A DNA stretch of 64,000 nucleotides from Bacteroidales bacterium (lineage in GTDB: Bacteria; Bacteroidota; Bacteroidia; Bacteroidales; UBA10428): positions 4,988-68,987 of the forward strand of contig JAFGIP010000048.1 in the NCBI GenBank assembly GCA_016929525.1, written 5' to 3'. Position numbers and translations under genes: made by a program. Positions 8,620 through 15,902 of the stretch are shown here, piece by piece. The notes under the pieces are model-generated. The model searched no databases and was not told the origin of the DNA. It was given only the letters and a program-made list of their open reading frames with translations. Position 1 is the first letter of the stretch. Every line of letters starts with the position of its first letter.

Positions 8620-10854
8620 TTAGTCCGATTTATGAAATTCTTCATAAGCCTGTAGTACAGTTAAATGAGAAATTAAATATGCAAGCGAACTTTCTGCGCC
8701 CTGGTTGCGGTTTACTCCATAACTTTCAAACCCATCGCAGCATCCTTGTGTCTCAAAATCATATAAGCTCATTCTTAGGTCATTTTCACCCAAAAACCAT
8801 AAAAAAGAAGTATAAAGCTTATTGAGGTACTCTTTATCCTTAGTAAGATGGAAGGCCTGGTGATACATCAAAACCATGGCCATGGCATCAATGGGTTGCT
8901 GGGCAAAAACAGATCGTTCACCTGCTTTTGTATACCATTTTTCGTTTCCGATTATCGATAAATAATTATCCTTTAGTGTATGTTGTGTCAGGAAGTTCAT
9001 GGATTCAATGGCTGGTTTAGTAATTTTACTATCGTTGAGTATTTCTGCAGAATGTAAGAGTGCTAAAGGTAAAATGCCGTTATCATAGGCAAGTAAGGAT
9101 TCAAACCATTTCCATTCAGGGGTTACATTATCCTGATAATGTTTAACTAATAGATGGGCGAGGTTTCTTAGCCTTTCAGTCATTGAGTCATCTGATGGAT
9201 TACTTTTCAGGTAATAGCTTATTCCAATTATGGTATTGGCGATACTTCTTATTGATTTAAGTTTTTCGAAATTCGGTGAAGCATTAAAAAACATCAATCT
9301 ACCTGTTTGATAATATGCATCATTGGGGGCATTACCCAGCAAATATCCTAACGCCCAAATAGTTCTTCCAAAGGAATCTTCAGAACCCACTTCATCCAGG
9401 AAGTTTCTGCTAAAGCTCAGAAAATTTCTGAAGGTTCCGTCGGCATTTTGCATATAATGGATATAGCTTAAATAGATGGGGGTTAATTCAAGGGCCCTGA
9501 AATCTTTCTTCTGCCTGTAAGCCATTAATACCATAAGCAAAGCCCTGGCATTATCATCCAGGCAATATCCTTCTTTTAAGTTTGGAATACCAAATTTTGC
9601 ATGTTGTATAATACCAGTATCATCGGTTAGACGATTAATATGTGTTAAGGAAAATGGAGGCAGAATAAGTAAATCTAATTCTGTATCTTTCTTTTCAACT
9701 GAATTTTGTTCCTCTTTTAAAATAATTGAAGCAAGCTCAACATATTTTTCTCCTGTTTTTGACCATGTTATTTTACGGCCATAATCATACGCTTTTCTTT
9801 TAAGCTCATTTAGCACTTCAGGTTTATCTAATAGTTCTCTTAAGATGGATGTAAGGTCGTCGGAATCGTTAAAATTAAAAAGTCTTCCTCTTCCTTCTGC
9901 CAGCAATTCTTCGGCATGCCAATAGGGTGTTGAAATAACTGCCGAACCTACACCTATGGCATATGAAAGTGTTCCACTTGTAATTTGTGCTTCATTCAGA
10001 TATGGTGTTATATAAATATCTGATGCACACAGGTATTTAAACAGATCTTGCTCACCTATGAATTCATTAAGAAAGGTGATATGTTTTTCAAGTTGAAGAC
10101 TTTTGACTAAGCGCATCAGGAAAATACGATACTCTTCACCGGAATGTCTTAATACAACAGGATGAGTTTTACCCAAAACGATATAAATAATATCTGGGTG
10201 TTTTTCAACAACTTTTGGCAATGCATTAATTACTGTTTCAATACCTTTATTTCGGCCAATAAAACCAAATGTCAGCAGTACCTTCTTGCTTTCGAGTTTG
10301 AATTCCTTTTTTGATTTTTCCGGGTTAAAATGAATGTCAGGTACCCCGTGCTCAATAAATTCAATTTTATCTTTCGGAACCTGATAAATATTTACAAGAA
10401 ATTCAATTGCCTTGTGGCTCATTACCACTATTTTATGAGCCATTTTACATATTTCCTGCAAAACGGCTTTTTCATTATAGGAAGGGGTTTTAAGAATGGT
10501 ATGTAGTGTAACAATCAGAGGAATTTCCAGTCGATGGAGCAAAGGAAGGATATATACACCATTTTGGCCACCAAGAATACCGAATTCATGCTCGAGAATG
10601 CAAAGATCAGCACCACTCAGGTTGATATATTTAACTGCTTTTAAATAATCTCTCTGGTGTTCTTGTCTGATGGTCAATTTTACTTCTTCCGGGTATTCAT
10701 ACAAAAGGTCGTTGTCGTTTAATGCAATTACAAAACCCTCATGCACAATTTCCTTGCTTCCTTTTTTTAAGAGCATAGATTTGAACAGGTTGTTGGTAAA
10801 AGTACCAATACCACATTCCCGGGGAGGGTAGGTGCCGATAAATGCTAATTTCAT
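8620..10854 (-). CDS. Fusion protein: N-terminal GT4 glycosyltransferase plus a C-terminal domain of about 350 aa, putatively (alpha/alpha)6-like
   Basis: N-terminus MKLAFIGTYPPRECGIGTF...GSAVISTPYWHAEELL. The C-terminal half is rich in W/Y helical repeats (DDNARALL..., AYDNGILPLALL). Confidence 0.75.
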   Translation of the reverse strand: MKLAFIGTYPPRECGIGTFTNNLFKSMLLKKGSKEIVHEGFVIALNDNDLLYEYPEEVKLTIRQEHQRDYLKAVKYINLSGADLCILEHEFGILGGQNGVYILPLLHRLEIPLIVTLHTILKTPSYNEKAVLQEICKMAHKIVVMSHKAIEFLVNIYQVPKDKIEFIEHGVPDIHFNPEKSKKEFKLESKKVLLTFGFIGRNKGIETVINALPKVVEKHPDIIYIVLGKTHPVVLRHSGEEYRIFLMRLVKSLQLEKHITFLNEFIGEQDLFKYLCASDIYITPYLNEAQITSGTLSYAIGVGSAVISTPYWHAEELLAEGRGRLFNFNDSDDLTSILRELLDKPEVLNELKRKAYDYGRKITWSKTGEKYVELASIILKEEQNSVEKKDTELDLLILPPFSLTHINRLTDDTGIIQHAKFGIPNLKEGYCLDDNARALLMVLMAYRQKKDFRALELTPIYLSYIHYMQNADGTFRNFLSFSRNFLDEVGSEDSFGRTIWALGYLLGNAPNDAYYQTGRLMFFNASPNFEKLKSIRSIANTIIGISYYLKSNPSDDSMTERLRNLAHLLVKHYQDNVTPEWKWFESLLAYDNGILPLALLHSAEILNDSKITKPAIESMNFLTQHTLKDNYLSIIGNEKWYTKAGERSVFAQQPIDAMAMVLMYHQAFHLTKDKEYLNKLYTSFLWFLGENDLRMSLYDFETQGCCDGFESYGVNRNQGAESSLAYLISHLTVLQAYEEFHKSD

Positions 10855-10953
10855 TCGATACCGGTTTTAGATTAATTAAATAGACAATCCCTCCAAACTA
10901 AGGAACCCCTAATTGGATAATGACTCTATCGAGAGAACAATACTTAATACTAA

Positions 10954-11073
10954 TTATAATTTACTCTCGTTATTCTTTTCAATTCGTTTTGCTGCCTTCG
11001 CAGCACGTTTTTCTTTCAGGTTTTTAACCGGTATTTTTTTGATATTCTTTTTACTTTCTTTCTCTTTTGACAT
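10954..11073 (-). CDS. Small basic protein (39 aa), LKEKRAAKAAK motif
   Basis: Hand translation gives MSKEKESKKNIKKIPVKNLKEKRAAKAAKRIEKNNESKL. It starts 10 nt after the kinase stop and shares a motif with the ORF at 61756..61905. Confidence 0.35.
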   Translation of the reverse strand: MSKEKESKKNIKKIPVKNLKEKRAAKAAKRIEKNNESKL

Positions 11074-11083
11074 GATTTTAGAT

Positions 11084-11941
11084 TTAAACTTTTTTTGATG
11101 TTTTTACGGGTAAGGTGAAACTAATTTCACTGCCATTACCGGGTTCACTTATTATCCAGATCTTCCCACCATGAAAATCAATAAACTCTTTACAAAGCAA
11201 TAATCCAAATCCGGTTCCGGGTTCATTTCCGGTTCCTAACCTGGAGTTATAACTACTGTCTGAGAAGATTAAGTCCTGTATTTCTTGCTTCATTCCAATT
11301 CCGTTATCCTTTATAGATACTTCAATAAAGCCATTATTCTTTTTAGTACAGATTACTATTTCTCCCTCTTTATGGGTATATTTTATTGCATTATTAAGTA
11401 AGTTTCGAAACACGGTTCTTATCATATTTATATCAATAAAAACTTGCTCGTGGCTAATAGAATTTGATTCAATTCGAATTTGTTTTGAGGAAGCAAAAAG
11501 ATTAATGTTTTTTAATTCTTCAAGAAGCAGTTCATTTAAATCGATTTCCTCCTGTTGAAACGATTTTATTTTGTTTTCACTGAATGCCCACTCCAGCAAA
11601 TTATCAAGCAGTGTGAAAGTTTTTTTGGCAGAAAGCAGTGCAATATCTATATGCCTTTCTATTTCACCTCTATCTAATCTGGCTATTCTATCCTTCAAAA
11701 TGGTTAAAAAACCAAGGATGGAACTCATCGGGCTTTTTATATCGTGTGCAATAATGGCCAACAGTTTTTTATTATTGGTTCTTAGCGTTTCAATTTCTTT
11801 GGCATGCTCATCTTGTATCTGTATCAATTTTTGACTTGTTTTTCCAATCGGCTTTTTATCAGTATATAAAGCTTTTTCAAACTCACCTAGAAAATCAATA
11901 ACTTCACTATTTTTAATATTATCAAGCTGGTCTTCTTCCAT
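11084..11941 (-). CDS. Soluble sensor histidine kinase (HisKA + HATPase_c)
   Basis: H-box IIAHDIKSPMSSILGF, N-box LLNNAIKYT, G-boxes DNGIGM and GTGFGL. No TM segment. Confidence 0.85.
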   Translation of the reverse strand: MEEDQLDNIKNSEVIDFLGEFEKALYTDKKPIGKTSQKLIQIQDEHAKEIETLRTNNKKLLAIIAHDIKSPMSSILGFLTILKDRIARLDRGEIERHIDIALLSAKKTFTLLDNLLEWAFSENKIKSFQQEEIDLNELLLEELKNINLFASSKQIRIESNSISHEQVFIDINMIRTVFRNLLNNAIKYTHKEGEIVICTKKNNGFIEVSIKDNGIGMKQEIQDLIFSDSSYNSRLGTGNEPGTGFGLLLCKEFIDFHGGKIWIISEPGNGSEISFTLPVKTSKKV

Positions 11942-12031
11942 TAAGTACTATATTTTGTTTTAGATTGGTTTCAGATGATTAAATGAAATAATTAGTTACT
12001 CTTTATCCATAAAAAGCCTACAATGAATATA

Positions 12032-12391
12032 TTAGCTGATACTTCCTTCATACCCACTTTTAATTATTGTTGAGATCATTTTGAACCTTTCGTTGGCCTT
12101 TATAAGATTAGATGTATGCGCTGGTATTATTATGGCCTGCCCGGTTTGGAGCAGATTCGATTTTTCATCAATTAGTATTTCGGCATTACCTTCAATAATT
12201 TGAAGAAAAGTATCGAAAGGAGATATTTTTTCGGCCAGGGTTTCACCGGTATCAATAGCAACAACACTAATATTTCCGGTAGTTTTTCGAATGATGGTTT
12301 TACTTACTACCGAATTTGGAACATACTCGATTATTTCAATCAGAATATGGGTTTTCGATTTCTCTATTTCGGGGGATAACATCAGCTTCAT
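12032..12391 (-). CDS. Cupin-domain protein
   Basis: FLQIIEGNAEILIDEK...GQAIIIPAHTSNLIKA matches the cupin_2 two-motif layout. Confidence 0.7.
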   Translation of the reverse strand: MKLMLSPEIEKSKTHILIEIIEYVPNSVVSKTIIRKTTGNISVVAIDTGETLAEKISPFDTFLQIIEGNAEILIDEKSNLLQTGQAIIIPAHTSNLIKANERFKMISTIIKSGYEGSIS

Positions 12392-12431
12392 ATTTAGAAA
12401 TATGAAGATATCCTAACACGTTTTGAAATGT

Positions 12432-12470
12432 GTTATACAATTGATGTTTTAATTTACATCATTCACACAT
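12432..12470 (-). promoter_or_regulatory. Copy 3 of recurrent bipartite element (minus strand) ATGTGTGAATgATGTAA-N18-TAAC
   Basis: The reverse complement of 12454-12470 is atgtgtgaatgatgtaa. After 18 nt, TAAC lies at 12435-12432. It is about 41 nt upstream of the cupin start. Confidence 0.45.
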
Positions 12471-12471
12471 T

Positions 12472-13959
12472 TTAGGATTTATTCCTTAGCCCGTATACTG
12501 TGCGGAAATGGTAACCATAGATTGTAAAGGTTATAGCATCAATAATTAACCCGGGTCTGTTAAATAAGGTCCAAATTATTAATTTCCAGTATTCGCTTCT
12601 TCCCCGGTTTATGATACCAATAATATAAACCGATTTAAAGAAGGCTCCAACAAGTGATAACTTAAATTGAGATTGCTGCCTGTATTGGCGATTATAATTT
12701 AAGAGCAATTGTCGTAATCTTTTATAGTAGGGTTTGGCGGCATAAATATTTTGAATAATTTTTTTATACCCTTCTATCAGTTCACGCTGATTCATTTTTG
12801 GAACAAAATTCATCGACAGATCTGTATTGTTGCCGCTAGCTTCAATAGTTAACCTGTTTTCTGCTGCTAAGCGATCATATAACCGGGTGTTTTTGGGTGC
12901 ATTTAACAGGCCTACCATGGCAGAAACAATCCCGCTTTTTTGTATAAAATCAATTTGTCGTTGAAATACACCAGGAGTATCACTGTCAAAGCCGACAATA
13001 AACCCGCCTGATACCTGAATTCCTGATTTTTGGATTTTTTGAACGCACTGTAACAGGTCGCGGTTATTATTTTGAACTTTATTGCAGACCTTAAGTGATA
13101 GATCATCAGGAGTTTCAATGCCAATAAACGTTGATGTAAATCCTGTTTCTGCCATTAATGACATAAGTTCTTTGTCATCAGCAATGTTAATAGAGCTTTG
13201 AATATTAAATATAAAAGGATACCCGTGGGATTTCATCCATTGTTTCATTACCGGAAGCAAACTGGCTTTTATCTTTTTTTTATTACCAATGAAATTATCA
13301 TCAACGACAAATACAGGTCCCCGCCAGTTAAGATTATATAAATTATCGAGCTCTTCAATGATCTGATTGGTTCTTTTCATTCGGACTTTGTGGCCCAGGA
13401 GTGAAGTAATTTCGCAGAAATCGCATGCGAACGGGCATCCTCGCGAAACCTGCATATTCATAAATGCATATTTTTTTCTTTGCAGCAGGTGATAATCAGG
13501 AACCGGGGATAATGAAAGATCTGCATATTCTTTAGTACTGTATACTCTGGCAGGGTGTCCCCCGGCTAAATCTTTAAGGAATAATGGCAGGGTAATCTCG
13601 GCCTCGTTTAATATAAGATGATCAATTTGAGGATAATTCTTATATTCCTGCGTAAAAAGCGGACCACCTGCAACTATCTTCACTCCAAGTGACAAACATG
13701 CTGAAATTACTTTACTTACAGATTCCTTCTGAATATACATAGCGCTGATAAAAACATAATCTGCCCAACCAATATCGTCTGTGCTAAGCTCTGAAACATT
13801 CATATCCACCAGTTTTTTCTGCCAGGTTGATGGAAGCATTGCAGATACTGTTATTAATCCTAGAGGAGGTACTGCTGCTTTCTTAGAAATAAACTTTAAG
13901 GCATGTTTGAAACTCCAAAAAGAATCGGGGTATTGTGGATATACTAATAAAACTTTCAT
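12472..13959 (-). CDS. B12-binding-domain radical SAM protein with DUF4070-like C-terminus
   Basis: N-terminal B12-binding-like fold (MKVLLVYPQYP...PPLGL), then SRGCPFACDFCE (CxxxCxxC). Confidence 0.88.
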   Translation of the reverse strand: MKVLLVYPQYPDSFWSFKHALKFISKKAAVPPLGLITVSAMLPSTWQKKLVDMNVSELSTDDIGWADYVFISAMYIQKESVSKVISACLSLGVKIVAGGPLFTQEYKNYPQIDHLILNEAEITLPLFLKDLAGGHPARVYSTKEYADLSLSPVPDYHLLQRKKYAFMNMQVSRGCPFACDFCEITSLLGHKVRMKRTNQIIEELDNLYNLNWRGPVFVVDDNFIGNKKKIKASLLPVMKQWMKSHGYPFIFNIQSSINIADDKELMSLMAETGFTSTFIGIETPDDLSLKVCNKVQNNNRDLLQCVQKIQKSGIQVSGGFIVGFDSDTPGVFQRQIDFIQKSGIVSAMVGLLNAPKNTRLYDRLAAENRLTIEASGNNTDLSMNFVPKMNQRELIEGYKKIIQNIYAAKPYYKRLRQLLLNYNRQYRQQSQFKLSLVGAFFKSVYIIGIINRGRSEYWKLIIWTLFNRPGLIIDAITFTIYGYHFRTVYGLRNKS

Positions 13960-14098
13960 AAACTCATATTCTTTATTTAACGAATAAATTGGCCGGTAAC
14001 ATTCATATTCTCAGAAGTAATAGCTATAGAATTCAAGAATAAATTTTACTATACTTAAAAACTTGGCATTAAAATTTGTAAAAATAGCTAGGAGCAGT

Positions 14099-14136
14099 GT
14101 TACAAAATTTTTATTAAAACTTACATAATTCACACT
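14099..14136 (-). promoter_or_regulatory. Copy 4 of recurrent bipartite element (minus strand) AGTGTGAATtATGTAA-N18-TAAC
   Basis: The reverse complement of 14121-14136 is agtgtgaattatgtaa, which overlaps the AraC stop codon. After 18 nt, TAAC lies at 14102-14099. It is 140 nt upstream of the radical SAM start. Confidence 0.4.
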
Positions 14137-14690
14137 TCTTCAAGTGTTCCACGTCGTTTGTCTTTGAGCTTTTTAAAATGCGAGGGAGTTAAACCTGTGA
14201 TTTTTTTGAATTGATTAGACAGATGTGCTACGCTACTGTAATGCATTTTGTATGCAATTTCGGTTAGATTTAACTCATCATATACAATCAGTTCTTTTAC
14301 TTTTTCGATTTTATGGGTCAAATAAAACTTTTCGATGGTAATGCCTTTAACTTCTGAGAAAAGATTGGCCAGATAGGTATAATCGTAGCTTAGTTTATCA
14401 CCCAGGTAATCCGAGAGATTGACCTTAATTTGTTCATCGGTGTAGTGCACCAGTTCTATAATTGCATTTTTTATTTTTTCAACCAGGATACTTTTTTTAT
14501 TATCCATCAGTTGCAATCCTGCCTTTCTTAATCCGATATCCAGTTGATCCAATTGTTCGGACGGGATATTTTCAATAATACTCGCTTCTCCTATTTTCAC
14601 ATCAACATAATGCAATCCAAGTTTTTCAAGCTCAGCCTTCACTAGCATCTGGCAGCGTATACAGACCATATTTTTAATGTAGATTTTCAA
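14130..14690 (-). CDS. AraC-family transcriptional regulator with N-terminal HMA-like (CxxC) domain
   Basis: N-terminus IKNMVCIRCQMLVKAELEKLG (ferredoxin-like, heavy-metal-associated-type CxxC). C-terminus has an HTH_18/AraC signature (LTEIAYKMHYSSVAHLSNQFKKITGLTPSHF). Confidence 0.85.
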   Translation of the reverse strand: MKIYIKNMVCIRCQMLVKAELEKLGLHYVDVKIGEASIIENIPSEQLDQLDIGLRKAGLQLMDNKKSILVEKIKNAIIELVHYTDEQIKVNLSDYLGDKLSYDYTYLANLFSEVKGITIEKFYLTHKIEKVKELIVYDELNLTEIAYKMHYSSVAHLSNQFKKITGLTPSHFKKLKDKRRGTLEEV

Positions 14691-14990
14691 AGCATTAATA
14701 GCTAATTTGAGTTAATGAAATACTGTTTAGTAAAGTTATAATTTATATTGGGACTGGCTAAGAAACAAATTGATTCATTAGATTGGATCGGTAAAGATCC
14801 GGACAATATATATTTTATAGATGGGACACTATGGTGACTTTTATTTTAATTGATTAAGAAAATTTACATAATCGAAGACCTTTACTGCTCATGACACTGG
14901 TCAGCATTTAAAACAACATAGGTGGTGTTCTCTTTTATAATTTAATCTGATAACGTGGAATTATTTCAGGAAATTTAATTGATCAGAATT

Positions 14991-15902
14991 TCAGAACCTG
15001 ATTATATAATCATTCAAATTCATATTCTTATCAAGTTCCATTTTCTTGCGTAACCTGTAACGGCTCGATTCGACACTTCGAAGTGTTATATTCAGCAAAT
15101 CAGCGATCTCTTTATTATCCAGATTCATTCTGATATATGCAATCAGTTTAAGGTCATTGTGTGTGATATCCTTGTATTTTTCCGTTATTCGTTGCAAAAA
15201 ATTGTCATTTGTAATGTTAATACTGGTTTCAAATTGCTTCCAACTTTCACTGTTATTCAGATCATTCTCAATTGATTTTCTCAACTGGATGAGTTTTTTA
15301 TAATTTTCGCGGGAAGCATTTGGCATTATATCAAGTACCTGGTCTCGAATGGCAAATAGTTTGGCATTTTGTTGCGCATATTGCATGTTTATTTTTGCCA
15401 GTTCCTTTTCCCTTGTATCGAGTTCGGTACCGAGTTTTTTATGTTCGAGTTCCAGCAATCGTTGCTCTTTCTTCTACCTTTCCAACTTCAATTGGTTTTC
15501 CTTGAACTGCAGACGCTGTCGCAAATCACTGATTCTGCTCTTATATATAATATAGATCAACCATAAAAATACCAGAACAATTGTAAGTTTAAACCACCAG
15601 GTTTTCCATACAGGAGGTGTAATAGCAATTTCAAGTTCAATGGGAGTATCGTTCCACACGCCGTCATTATTTGATGCAATAACCATAAATGTATAAGTAC
15701 CATGACGTAAATTGGAATAGGTGACACTTCTTTTATTGCCCACATAATTCCAATTATTTTCAAGTCCTTTAAGTCTGTATGCATACTGGTTTTTTTCTGG
15801 GTGCGTATAGTTAATAGCCGAGAATTCTATGGTAAAAACATTATCCCGGTGTGATAATTCAATCCTAAGTATGTAACCATCTGTCTTGGTCAGAACCAAC
15901 AA
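14991..15902 (-). pseudogene. Remnant of a propeller/Y_Y_Y-TM-coiled-coil-LuxR HTH regulator: 5'-truncated and interrupted by an in-frame TAG
   Basis: Y_Y_Y block (EKNQYAYRLKGLENNWNYVG...GTYTF), a TM helix, then an in-frame TAG at 15474-15476, then a LuxR HTH (NKEIADLLNITLRSVESSRYRLRKKM). The propeller part is missing. Confidence 0.75.

Noticed and set aside
10913-11098. 61-aa plus-strand ORF from the track; the same applies to 61721..61915
   Set aside because: The Phe/Leu/Ser-rich low-complexity translations are the antisense image of the Lys-rich small ORFs on the minus strand. The minus-strand ORFs have better context: operon position in one case and a terminator in the other.
15474-15476. 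Stop-codon reassignment or programmed readthrough as an explanation for the in-frame TAG here and the in-frame TAA at 54697
   Set aside because: TAA, TAG and TGA all terminate well-supported genes in this window, for example TAA at 1967, TGA at 2741 and TAG at 3888. The affected genes also carry other lesions (truncation, missing start). Pseudogenisation or sequencing error is more parsimonious.
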